From the NCBI GenBank assembly GCA_016211185.1, contig JACQST010000043.1, positions 1,489-65,488 of the forward strand: a DNA stretch of 64,000 nt, given 5' to 3'. The DNA is from Candidatus Woesearchaeota archaeon. Lineage in GTDB: Archaea > Nanobdellota > Nanobdellia > Woesearchaeales > UBA10216. The position numbers and the translations under genes are program-made. The first letter of the stretch is position 1. The number at the start of each line of letters is the position of its first letter. The notes beneath the pieces are model-generated. The model was given only the letters and a program-made list of their open reading frames with translations, was not told where the DNA came from and searched no databases. Positions 1-8,757 of the stretch are shown piece by piece.

Positions 1-1211
1 AGGTGCTGCTGCGTGTATTTTATCTGCTCTGCCTGCTGCGTGTATGCTACTTCAGCGAATATCATTCTCTGCAGGTCTGCCTCTATCTGTTTTTTATGCT
101 CTGTAAGGACTTCTGATGGGAGCTGGCTTGGCGATGCAGGCAGTATGCCGCGCAGCTGGGGCTCGTGGTGGAACATTATCTTCCACTGTTCTTCGACCGG
201 CAGGTTTTTCTCGAGATTTTGATAGAATTGAAGGGCTTTTTTTACTCTGTCCAGGGTTTCTTTTTGCTGCTTTGCCCTTTCTATTCCTCCATAGAAGCTT
301 GACATGCCCGCGTATTGGAGCCTTTGCAGGTCCACCTGCTCTATCTGGTATTGCAGTTCAGGTGTCCTTTTTGTTTTGTCAGGGTTTTCGCTGTTCCATT
401 TTTCGGTTTCTCTGACAAAGTAGTCCCATTCCCTGAGTTCCATCTTGTATCTTTCGCGGCCAGTTGCTGGATCAACTTCTGTCTCTGGTATTTTTTCGCC
501 CTTCTCATCAAACAGGTATTTGCCGCTCTCATTTGTCTTCCACACCGGGAGAGGCACGGGCTGGTCGGTTCGTATCGGTATTATCTGTCCTGTCCTGTCG
601 TCAACTATGTGGAAGACTGCTTTTTTTCGCTCCCCTTCGAGAAGGTGTGCCTCTGCGGGGTTCAGCATGAATTCAGGGTAGTTGTCGTACAGGGGCCTCT
701 GGAATTCGCCTGTGTGCACGACTATTGCTCCTCCCTGCGTAACATCTGCTGCGAAATCAACTGCCCTTTTTATCTCGTTTAGCGCCTGCTCCCTTGCCAT
801 CTCGTTGAAGCCGCCTTCTGTTAGGCCTGAGAGGTTTCCGACTCCTATTGACGCGTGGGTTGTGAGTATCACCTTGTTCCACTCTGCGAGCTCCTTTATG
901 TCTCTTCTTTCCTCCATTCCGTACATCTCTGGTGTTGTTGAGCCCTGTCCCATTGAGCCTTTTCCTCTTCCTGTGAAGCCGAGCTCGACTCTTGACGCGC
1001 CCTGCCTTATCTTTGCCTGCAGCGCTTCGAGCTGGTTCTGCATTGGAGGGGTTGGTATTCCTATCTGGCTTGGCGTGAGGCCTGAAAGCTGCGGTTCGCC
1101 GTCCATTGGCTCTATTGGCGCCATCACGTTGGCGTCATCCGATAGCGGCTGGTATCCCCTGTCCATCGCGTGGAAGTATGCGCCTTTGTAGTAGTTGTTT
1201 CCGTAGAGCAT
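1..1211 (-). CDS. Xylose-isomerase-like TIM-barrel protein (sugar phosphate isomerase/epimerase family), partial; C-terminus lies beyond the window start
   Basis: Hand translation of the minus strand gives MLYGNNYYKGAYFHAMDRGYQPLSDDANV...GASRVELGFTGRGKG...ILTTHASIG...AIVVHTGEF. This follows the AP-endonuclease-2/xylose-isomerase TIM-barrel pattern. The ORF runs off the window edge, so the track does not list it. The start is ATG at 1211 or 1166. Confidence 0.45.
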   Translation of the reverse strand, partial: MLYGNNYYKGAYFHAMDRGYQPLSDDANVMAPIEPMDGEPQLSGLTPSQIGIPTPPMQNQLEALQAKIRQGASRVELGFTGRGKGSMGQGSTTPEMYGMEERRDIKELAEWNKVILTTHASIGVGNLSGLTEGGFNEMAREQALNEIKRAVDFAADVTQGGAIVVHTGEFQRPLYDNYPEFMLNPAEAHLLEGERKKAVFHIVDDRTGQIIPIRTDQPVPLPVWKTNESGKYLFDEKGEKIPETEVDPATGRERYKMELREWDYFVRETEKWNSENPDKTKRTPELQYQIEQVDLQRLQYAGMSSFYGGIERAKQQKETLDRVKKALQFYQNLEKNLPVEEQWKIMFHHEPQLRGILPASPSQLPSEVLTEHKKQIEADLQRMIFAEVAYTQQAEQIKYTQQH

Positions 1212-1221
1212 CGTTGCACCG

Positions 1222-1812
1222 TTAGTAGACTGTTTTTTTCTTTTTGGCCTGTGTGTAGAACTCCTCTATTTTTTCTGTTTCGTGGCCCGGGGTTGCCTTT
1301 CTGTGCTCGTATGTTGCTTCTGTGCTGAATTCTGGCTTTTGGTATGTTACGCTTGTTTTTTGGGGTTGTGTGACTGTGTCATAAGGGTTTTCTGCTTGCT
1401 GCGCGTATTGTGGTGGTGTGTGGCTTGCAGTTGCCTCTTCTATTCTGGTGCCGTACTGTGCCTGTGCTTCCTGCTGCTTTGCCTGTGCTTCTTCAACAGA
1501 CTCCTCAAGAGGTTTTGCAGTCGGGGTTTCCTGCTGTGGCTGGCTGGCTGCAGTCAGGGAAACGTTTCTTTTCGCAGCCCACAGGAGCTTTGCCTCTATT
1601 GTTTCGAGCGTATCCGGGCTGGCTGCCTTCATGTGGGGAATTGGGAGCTGCTGCTTTTCCTGGTCTGAGATGGCTTCCCTTTCTGCCTCCTTCAGGAGCT
1701 TGTCTGTTTCCTCAAGCTCCTTCTTGCTCGCCTCCTCAAGCTCCTTCAGCCTCTTTATCTTTTCTGCCGGAGAAAGCTTCCTGAGTTCTTTTATTTCGTC
1801 TTCAAGCGTCAT
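1222..1812 (-). CDS. Hypothetical low-complexity/coiled-coil protein (196 aa)
   Basis: Track ORF; charged Lys/Glu-rich N- and C-termini with a Q/T/P-rich middle. It sits between two co-oriented genes with gaps of 5 and 10 nt. Confidence 0.45.
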   Translation of the reverse strand: MTLEDEIKELRKLSPAEKIKRLKELEEASKKELEETDKLLKEAEREAISDQEKQQLPIPHMKAASPDTLETIEAKLLWAAKRNVSLTAASQPQQETPTAKPLEESVEEAQAKQQEAQAQYGTRIEEATASHTPPQYAQQAENPYDTVTQPQKTSVTYQKPEFSTEATYEHRKATPGHETEKIEEFYTQAKKKKTVY

Positions 1813-1816
1813 CTGC

Positions 1817-3223
1817 TCACCATGTCAGCATGCCGTGCATCTTCTTGTAGTTTTTGTAGGTCTCATAGATGTCCTTTTTAACTGTCCCGTTTGCTTTTTT
1901 TATTTCATCAGCAATGGCTACCTTGTCCTCATGCTCTTTTTTGCCTTCCTTCTTCGGCGCCATTGACTCGAATATTTCTCCGATTCCGTCGAATACCGCC
2001 TTGAACGGCTCTATCAGGGAGGGGGCTGGCTTTTTTTCCGCTTGCCTTGGAGGCTCAAAGGTTTCTCCTCCTTCCATAAGGTAGTGCTTGAGTTCGTCGC
2101 CAAGAGCTTCCATGGATTCCTTTATTGAGTCGTTTATCATGCTCATCAGCTGCAGGTCTTCCTCTTCCCTCATCTTGATGTAGTTTTCTTCGTGGTGCTG
2201 GCTCCAGACGTATGCCCTCATTGTGAGGTCGAATTTTCCTGTGTGCATGGGTCCTCTCTGGTATCCTTCGCCGACATACTGCATGGCCGGCCTTGTCCTG
2301 AACATGAAGTGTATCAGTATGTATGGCTTGAATTTCCTGTATCCCGGGTCTTCCTTTTTGGCAAGAACCTCGACTTCTATCATTGAGCCTTCAAAGGCTG
2401 CTATCATGTCTGCTGATTCGAGTTTTTTCTGGTCGAGCTGAAGCCTTCTTATGTTCCTCAGGTATGGTTTTATCCAGCCCATGTAGAGCTTTATGGTTTC
2501 GTAGTGCTGCCTTAGGTATTTTATTATGAATTTCCTTCTCGTGCTGAGCTCGTTGTAGGTCCTTTTTTTCCATTCATAGAACTGCCTGAGCTTCCTCTTC
2601 AGGACTTCCTTGACCTTGTCGTTGAACTCAAGCCTGTCAACTTCGCTGTCGAGTTGGTCTATGTTTTTTATCCTGACCCTGAAGAACAGGTCCGGGAGTA
2701 TTGTGAATCCCACGCTTTGCGACAGCCCGTATACTGAAGCGGCGTTTTTCACTCCGCCCTCTACCTGGTCCACCCAGACTCCTTTCAGGGTTATTTCTGA
2801 GCTTTGCGCGCTGGGCCTGTCCTCGTATGAGTCTATGTAGTATTGCAGCCTTTCGTCAATTATTCTCAGTTCCCTAACTATCTGGAAGAGGGCCTTTATC
2901 ATCTCGCTTATGCCTCTGAGGTATCCTGCTGCTTTTTCCTGCTGTGACGCGAGCCTCTGTTCTGACACGCCGAAGAATGCTGACTGCTCTGAGGCGGCAA
3001 ACACGTCTGTGATTTTCGTGAAGGTTGTGTATCCCCAGTCGTACCTGAGGTGGTCTATTATCCAAAAGTATGCTGATTCTATGGGCTGGCCTGTGGACTC
3101 AACGACTATTCTGTTCCTGAAGTCAGGCTTAGGGTATCCAGTTGGTCTTTGGACATGCAAGAGGTGTTCCTCAGCGCTCTCCTGGCCAAACCCGTACCGC
3201 TTGAGCAGTTTTTCGTCAGCCAT
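1817..3223 (-). CDS. Hypothetical protein, 468 aa, no recognised domain
   Basis: Long uninterrupted ORF with plausible codon usage; it is the first gene of a three-gene co-directional cluster. Confidence 0.55.
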   Translation of the reverse strand: MADEKLLKRYGFGQESAEEHLLHVQRPTGYPKPDFRNRIVVESTGQPIESAYFWIIDHLRYDWGYTTFTKITDVFAASEQSAFFGVSEQRLASQQEKAAGYLRGISEMIKALFQIVRELRIIDERLQYYIDSYEDRPSAQSSEITLKGVWVDQVEGGVKNAASVYGLSQSVGFTILPDLFFRVRIKNIDQLDSEVDRLEFNDKVKEVLKRKLRQFYEWKKRTYNELSTRRKFIIKYLRQHYETIKLYMGWIKPYLRNIRRLQLDQKKLESADMIAAFEGSMIEVEVLAKKEDPGYRKFKPYILIHFMFRTRPAMQYVGEGYQRGPMHTGKFDLTMRAYVWSQHHEENYIKMREEEDLQLMSMINDSIKESMEALGDELKHYLMEGGETFEPPRQAEKKPAPSLIEPFKAVFDGIGEIFESMAPKKEGKKEHEDKVAIADEIKKANGTVKKDIYETYKNYKKMHGMLTW

Positions 3224-3277
3224 ATTGGTTCTCTGGGCTGTGCAGCTATTAAATCTTTTCCTTATTGCTTTTGTGCC

Positions 3278-4105
3278 TTACTGCCATCGCTTCATAACTG
3301 TTGCTACCTTGTCCGCGAGGTCTGTGGCTGTGAAGCCGTAGCCGTATTCCCTGTAAAGAAGGTCGCCTGCCATGCCTGAGATGAATGCTGATGCGCATGC
3401 AGCCATTATGAGGCTGTTTTTCTGCGCTGCAAGGCCTGCGCACAGCCCTGCAAGGACGTCCCCTGTGCCTGAGACAGTCATGCCTGCATTCCCTGTTTTG
3501 CTAAGGCGTATGCCCTCCCTGGATATCATGGTGTCTGTCCTGCCTTTTAGCAGGATAATGTTGCTGCCCGAGGCTTTCCTCGCGAGAGTTATTGATTCTT
3601 TTCCGCTTGCTTTGATGCCTGTGTTGCGCAGCAGGGTTTGGAACTCTTTGAGGTGGGGTGTTATTATTGCGTTCTCAGTATCCTTCAGCCCGATGGCTTT
3701 TATCGCGTCAGCATCTATCACTTTTGGGCACAGCGTGTTCCTGACAACTTTCCTGACAAGAGCCTGCGTCTGTTTCCTGAGCCCTATGCCGTTTCCTATG
3801 AGCAGGGAATCAAAGCCTTCGCTGAGCCTGATTAGCTTGTTGGCGTGAGCCTCTTTTAAGTAGCTGGCGTTTATTCTGACCGTCATGAAGTCCGGCCAGG
3901 CTCTTACAACGCGGGCAACGTCTCTTGGCGAAGCAATTACAACTGCGTCTGCCCCAGACCTGTACGCAGCCATGCCTGCAAGCATCACTGCGCCAGTGTA
4001 TTCAGGGCTTCCCCCGATTATCAGCACTCTCCCGTTTTGGCCTTTGTGGGAATCAGGCTTTCTTTTCGTGAGCTTTATGCTGCGCCATGTTATTAGTTCA
4101 GGCAT
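3278..4105 (-). CDS. nnrD: ADP-dependent NAD(P)H-hydrate dehydratase (YjeF C-terminal, carbohydrate-kinase-like domain)
   Basis: HKGQNGRVLIIGGSPEYTGA and the C-terminal GTGDVLAG motifs are typical of YjeF-C/Nnr2. Confidence 0.8.
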   Translation of the reverse strand: MPELITWRSIKLTKRKPDSHKGQNGRVLIIGGSPEYTGAVMLAGMAAYRSGADAVVIASPRDVARVVRAWPDFMTVRINASYLKEAHANKLIRLSEGFDSLLIGNGIGLRKQTQALVRKVVRNTLCPKVIDADAIKAIGLKDTENAIITPHLKEFQTLLRNTGIKASGKESITLARKASGSNIILLKGRTDTMISREGIRLSKTGNAGMTVSGTGDVLAGLCAGLAAQKNSLIMAACASAFISGMAGDLLYREYGYGFTATDLADKVATVMKRWQ

Positions 4106-4189
4106 GAGTTTTCTACACGCAAAGGCTATTTATGGTTATTGGTGTTGCCAAGAGAAAGTTTTAAATACGCAGTCTGGTGAGGGCAAAGC

Positions 4190-4375
4190 GTGGTAAGCAA
4201 AAAGGGCTACATAATCAGCTATGGTGACTGGTTCAAGGGCTTTATTATCGGAGCCCTTGTCGGGGCTGTCCTCGCTTATCTTGTGATTAATGGCATATTG
4301 AAGGTTCCGGCGTACACTGCAAAGGACGCTGCTTCAAAGGCCATGCTTCTGCTGCCGCTTGCGAAACGGTTTTGA
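4190..4375 (+). CDS. Small hypothetical membrane protein (61 aa)
   Basis: Single predicted TM helix (GFIIGALVGAVLAYLVINGIL); it fills an intergenic gap. Confidence 0.3.
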   Translation: MVSKKGYIISYGDWFKGFIIGALVGAVLAYLVINGILKVPAYTAKDAASKAMLLLPLAKRF

Positions 4376-4378
4376 AGA

Positions 4379-4798
4379 TTAACCTATCCTGTAGTCAAGG
4401 AAGGGCATCATCTTTATCAGCGATTCCCCTGCGAAGTCCCAGAAGTATGGCGCGGCAAATATTATTGCCCCAATCATGAGGGTGTGGTGGAACTTCTCGC
4501 CTACCCTTCCAACTATGGCGGCTGCCGCACTTACTTTTAGCATTGCGATTATCGCTATGAATGCCCTGACGCCGAACTCAACATAGCCTGTCACAGCCAT
4601 CTGCTGCCCTATGAGTCCCAGTCCCCATGCAACATTCATGCTTACGAAGGTGAAGAACATGGTTGCCGGTATTGCGTGAAGGCCATGCCCAAGCCATCCC
4701 ATTCCTCTTTCATCCTGGTGGACAAAGAAAAGCTCGATTATGCCTATTGCCGCGCCCATGAAAAGCGCAGGGACTACGATTAGCTGCGTCTCAGCCAT
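4379..4798 (-). CDS. Hypothetical integral membrane protein (139 aa, about 4 TM helices)
   Basis: Hydrophobic segments throughout the track ORF. Confidence 0.5.
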   Translation of the reverse strand: MAETQLIVVPALFMGAAIGIIELFFVHQDERGMGWLGHGLHAIPATMFFTFVSMNVAWGLGLIGQQMAVTGYVEFGVRAFIAIIAMLKVSAAAAIVGRVGEKFHHTLMIGAIIFAAPYFWDFAGESLIKMMPFLDYRIG

Positions 4799-4888
4799 GC
4801 GCTGATTCTGAACCAGCTATTATTTAAACCTTTGCCAAGCTCTTCTTGAGCGTTTTTAGAAAAGTTTTTATAAAGGCCTTGTGAAGGG

Positions 4889-6163
4889 TTGAAGATGAAA
4901 GAGGCAGGCACTTCTGTCAGGGCTATAAGGGTGCTGCTTGTTCTCGCTGTTCTTCTGATTGTTGTTCCTTCTGTGCTGTCTGAGACAATCCTTGAGAGAA
5001 GCCTTAACAGGCTGGGCGTTGACAAGAACCAATTCGATGTCCAGAAGATTTATGACAATTACCAGCCTTTCCTTGACTTTGTTGCTTACGCCATACTCTT
5101 CATAGGCGTCTCCATGATGGGTCTGAAGAAGACCTTTGGGGAATCAACTGTTGTGCCTGTAGTCGTAGGCATGGTTCTTGCGGTTGCCGCTGCCTTTTAC
5201 GCTTCTACCATTAAGTTCAAGCTGGGTGATGAACTTGGTCCCACTGCCCTCCTTATAGGAGTTGGGCTCGTCGGGTTCATGGTGTTTAATGTGTTCAAGG
5301 GCATGAATGTTGACGGGTTTCATTCTGCTGCGTGGGGGATAGTTATTGCTGGGGCTTTGATAGTTCCTGTAGCCGAGAAGGCAATGGCTGGTGTCCCCCA
5401 GGATAGTCTGTTGCGCACGATTTTAGACTGGGCGTATGTTATCCTTACAATTGCAACCCTTGTCCTGATAGTGGGCTTGTTCCGCTCAGTGTTTGGAATG
5501 TGGAGGGGCTCAACGCAGGCAACACAATCCACAGCAGCAACTTCAGCAGCTTCAAATACGCCATGGCCAAGTCACACACCTATGAGTCCAATGGGCGCAA
5601 CAGGCGCTTCTGGGACTCCGCCAACAGGTACAGGGGGAGGTAGTGGTCCGACTGGCAAGCCGCCGAATTTTGATCCCTTCAAGAAGGCACATAAAAACGC
5701 TGATACGATGGCAAAGTCTATGGAGAAGCGGTTAGTTCATAACATAAACGACAAACACCTTAAAAATATAGTTACCGCTTTGTCTGCAGTTCCGGCCAGG
5801 AACACAGATGCAAGCAAAAGCGCAGAAAAAGCCATAAACGAGCTTAAAGAGATAAACAGGGATCTAGATTGGGTGAAAAAATACGTGAGTGTTATGGACG
5901 CTGCTCTCGGTTCTGCATTCAGAAGTTCAAGTTCAGGAAAAGCTTCAATAGTGGCAAAAGGCCTTCTGGAAATCAATCAACAGATAATATTCATGGATTT
6001 AGCTATATCAAAATTATCTGCTCAGTTAGGGGACATGAAAACGGCTCCCGCTGCAACAAAGGTTTCACCCACCGATACAACTATAAAAGCATGTATAGGC
6101 CATGTTAAAGTTATACTGGTTGAACTTAGCAGGATAGAAGTTCAGATCTCTGCTGGACCTTAG
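4889..6163 (+). CDS. Membrane protein with N-terminal multi-TM domain, Ser/Thr/Pro/Gly-rich linker and helical C-terminal domain (paralog 1)
   Basis: The N-terminal 200 aa align clearly with the 6930..8204 protein. Shared segments include VVPSV.S..I...SL.R.GV.K..F.V..IYD.YQPFLDFVAYAILFIG and ADSLL.V..DW.YVIL. The linker is TQSTAATSAASNTPWPSHTPMSPMGATGASGTPPTGTGGGSGPTGKPP. Confidence 0.6.
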   Translation: MKMKEAGTSVRAIRVLLVLAVLLIVVPSVLSETILERSLNRLGVDKNQFDVQKIYDNYQPFLDFVAYAILFIGVSMMGLKKTFGESTVVPVVVGMVLAVAAAFYASTIKFKLGDELGPTALLIGVGLVGFMVFNVFKGMNVDGFHSAAWGIVIAGALIVPVAEKAMAGVPQDSLLRTILDWAYVILTIATLVLIVGLFRSVFGMWRGSTQATQSTAATSAASNTPWPSHTPMSPMGATGASGTPPTGTGGGSGPTGKPPNFDPFKKAHKNADTMAKSMEKRLVHNINDKHLKNIVTALSAVPARNTDASKSAEKAINELKEINRDLDWVKKYVSVMDAALGSAFRSSSSGKASIVAKGLLEINQQIIFMDLAISKLSAQLGDMKTAPAATKVSPTDTTIKACIGHVKVILVELSRIEVQISAGP

Positions 6164-6196
6164 TTGGATGCTTTATGCCTTGGTTGGTTATGCTCT

Positions 6197-6841
6197 ATGG
6201 TCAGGATACCAAAAACACTCGATGAGATTAATGCTAACCTACTGCGGCCTTCAAATGAAAATGCGGCGAGAGATGCAAATTCGATAAAGTACAGGCTCGA
6301 GGGCATTGTAGATGAACTTAGGAATGCCAAGTCTGCTTATGAAGGTTTACCTTCTGCTGTGGATTCTCCACCTGTAAGGGATACTATCCAGTCCACAGGA
6401 AAGCTGAAACAGGTCAAAGTGGCTTTGAAGATAGCAAACTATACTGCGAAAGTTGGCTGGGTAAAATTGAGGGGCACAGAAAAAGAGAGGTTTAAAAGAG
6501 GTATAGATAAAGCCTTGCGGAATGTCAGATTCAGCCTTAACAAAGCTGCCACTAAAATGAGGGAACTGAAGGAGAAAGTTGAATCTATAAAGGGCGTATT
6601 AAATTCATTGCAAAATAGTGAAGCCAAAGTTTACATAAATTCACAAATACAAATCGTTGAACAAAAAAGTAATGCAGTTTTGTTGTTGATAACAGAATTG
6701 GCTGAAAAGGTTAACCTGTTGAATTTTGAAGACTTCGATATTACTGATTTTGATAAGGCCTTGACTGCTGCAGAAAATGCTATCTCGCCGGTAAAAGGAA
6801 TGATACATGCTTTTGCAAATATTGATAGTAAATTAAAATAA
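6197..6841 (+). CDS. Coiled-coil protein (about 215 aa); it may be the C-terminal continuation of 4889..6163, separated from it only by a single TAG
   Basis: The track ORF begins at TTG 6164, immediately after the TAG at 6161..6163 and in the same frame as the upstream gene. The first ATG is at 6197. Helical heptad-like content (KLKQVKVALKIANYTAKVGWVKL...). Confidence 0.45.
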   Translation: MVRIPKTLDEINANLLRPSNENAARDANSIKYRLEGIVDELRNAKSAYEGLPSAVDSPPVRDTIQSTGKLKQVKVALKIANYTAKVGWVKLRGTEKERFKRGIDKALRNVRFSLNKAATKMRELKEKVESIKGVLNSLQNSEAKVYINSQIQIVEQKSNAVLLLITELAEKVNLLNFEDFDITDFDKALTAAENAISPVKGMIHAFANIDSKLK

Positions 6842-6929
6842 GGTGTTAAGCATCAAGCGATATTCATATCAGATATCAGGCAAAGCTTTTTATCCTACAG
6901 GGTTTATGAGCGTTAAAAAAGGTGCTTTG

Positions 6930-8204
6930 ATGAACAAGAGGTTGCTTCAGTTAGTGCTACTTGCAACGATACTTGCGGTTATTGTTCCTTCTGTTGTTTC
7001 CCAGTCAATCATTGACAAGAGCCTTAGCCGCATAGGGGTTAGCAAGGACAAGTTTAACGTCGCAAATATTTATGACAAGTATCAGCCTTTCCTTGACTTT
7101 GTTGCATATGCTATCCTGTTCATTGGGATTGCGACGTTTGCGCTGGGGCAGCATTTCAGGGGCACTGCAACTGTGCCTGTGATGGTTGGCATTATCCTTG
7201 CGATTGCTACTGCTGTGTTTGCCAGCAAGATGAAGCCTCCGTTCATGCTTGCAGACTTGGGGCCTTTTGCCCTTATCATCGGCCTGGGCCTTATTGCCTT
7301 CATGATTTACAGTATGTTTAGGGGCATGGGCATGAATTGGCCGCACGCGGCTGCGTGGGGGCTTTTCCTTGCGGGCGCTGCCCTGCTTCCCATTGCCGAG
7401 AGGGCATTGGCAAGTGTTCCTGCGGACAGCCTTCTCCATGTGATGGCTGACTGGATGTATGTGATTCTTTTCGTTGCAGCTGTTGGCCTTATAATACAGC
7501 TTTTCCAGCTGGTTTTCGGGTTGTGGGGCGGTGGTGCTCAGCCTGCAGGTGCTGCTCCTGCCCCAGGCGCAGCTCCGCCTGCTGGACCGGCTGGGCCAAG
7601 AGCTGGTGCTGCTGCGGCTGCAGGAGGCGGTCCTCCTCCTCCGCCTGGTGGGCCTGGAGCTGGTGCAGCTGGAGCAGGTGGTGGTGCGCCGTATGCTGCT
7701 CCTAACCAGTTGCCACATGTGTTTGAGCCAGCAAGGCAGAGGCTGCAGAGTGCGCTGACTGCCATGAATGCTCATTATGAGCATGTTAGGAACTTACTTA
7801 ACACGTTGCCTGCACCGGCAATGGGTGCTGCCAGGGTTGCCGCTACTAACGGCGCCAGGGCTGTTCTGGGCGGCCCGATTAATGCTGCTGACACCGCAAT
7901 TACTACTGAGCTTAACGCCTTGACAAACCCTGCGCTGCTTAACGCTGCTTTCGTAGACCCGGGGAGGCGGGCGAGGGTTGCGACTGCTTTAGGAAACATA
8001 ATGGCGAGTTATGCTGCTGTGCAGGCCATGCGCACTCATGCTGTTACCACTTTGGGGCCGGCGGGCAGCCCGATAAATACTGCAAACGAGGCCTCGGCAA
8101 TGGGCTATGCTGCTTCTGCACGGGATAATGTTTGGAGTGCTACTGTGCAGACGGAGATGGGGACTATTGTTACACAGGTGCACGCGGCAATGGTTGGGCC
8201 TTAG
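6930..8204 (+). CDS. Membrane protein with N-terminal multi-TM domain, Ala/Gly/Pro-rich linker and Ala-rich C-terminal domain (paralog 2)
   Basis: Paralog of 4889..6163 in the TM domain. The linker is GAQPAGAAPAPGAAPPAGPAGPRAGAAAAAGGGPPPPPGGPGAGAAGAGGG. Start chosen at MNKRLLQLVLL; the track start at 6843 is also possible. Confidence 0.6.
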   Translation: MNKRLLQLVLLATILAVIVPSVVSQSIIDKSLSRIGVSKDKFNVANIYDKYQPFLDFVAYAILFIGIATFALGQHFRGTATVPVMVGIILAIATAVFASKMKPPFMLADLGPFALIIGLGLIAFMIYSMFRGMGMNWPHAAAWGLFLAGAALLPIAERALASVPADSLLHVMADWMYVILFVAAVGLIIQLFQLVFGLWGGGAQPAGAAPAPGAAPPAGPAGPRAGAAAAAGGGPPPPPGGPGAGAAGAGGGAPYAAPNQLPHVFEPARQRLQSALTAMNAHYEHVRNLLNTLPAPAMGAARVAATNGARAVLGGPINAADTAITTELNALTNPALLNAAFVDPGRRARVATALGNIMASYAAVQAMRTHAVTTLGPAGSPINTANEASAMGYAASARDNVWSATVQTEMGTIVTQVHAAMVGP

Positions 8205-8264
8205 GCACAGGACAAGTCTTAGCTTAATTTTTCGGAGAATTTTCAAGGTTCAGGAAATTTTAAA

Positions 8265-8327
8265 ATGAAGACTTTTGTGGATACAAACGCACTTATTGAC
8301 CTATATCAAGAGAATAATAACGAATGA
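8265..8327 (+). pseudogene. Truncated VapC/PIN N-terminal remnant (20 codons)
   Basis: ATG..TGA encodes MKTFVDTNALIDLYQENNNE; the MKxFVDTNALI opening is the canonical PIN/VapC N-terminus and it stops after 20 aa. Confidence 0.35.
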
Positions 8328-8369
8328 CAGTGACTTTAAAAGAGTGGCGGGCCTGGAGGTTATAGGGTA

Positions 8370-8684
8370 TTAGTCCTCTATCATCTCTATCTCTATGTTG
8401 AGGCCTTCAGGTATCGGGACTCTCATTACCAGACGTAATGCGCGCTCGTCCATTGCTAGGTCAATAAGCCTTTTGTGGATGCGCATTTCGTATCTGTCGA
8501 AAGAAGCCTTTCCGTCGCCGCATGGGCATTTCCTTGTTGTTACCCTGAGCCTTTTGGTTGGTAGGGGTATTGGGCCCTTCATCTCAACGCCTGTGCGCTC
8601 GACTATGTCCTTCATTGACTGGCATACCTGGTTTAGCTTGGCTATGTCTGTGCTTGCTATTTTTATTCTTGCTTTTTGAGCCAT
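8370..8684 (-). CDS. rps10: 30S ribosomal protein S10
   Basis: [52 protein letters not shown]... matches the S10/uS10 family; it lies directly downstream of tuf, as is typical in archaea. Confidence 0.9.
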   Translation of the reverse strand: MAQKARIKIASTDIAKLNQVCQSMKDIVERTGVEMKGPIPLPTKRLRVTTRKCPCGDGKASFDRYEMRIHKRLIDLAMDERALRLVMRVPIPEGLNIEIEMIED

Positions 8685-8757
8685 TTTTGGTATGCCTTCC
8701 ACACAATAATGTTTCTTTATTGTGTTCCCCTGCGCGGGGAACTCAACAAATGGAGCC

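Noticed and set aside
7005-7784. 259-aa ORF on the minus strand, antisense to the Ala/Gly/Pro-rich membrane protein gene
   Set aside because: It is Arg/Ser/Cys-rich and lies entirely within the GC-rich low-complexity part of a far better supported plus-strand gene. It is a typical GC-driven shadow ORF.
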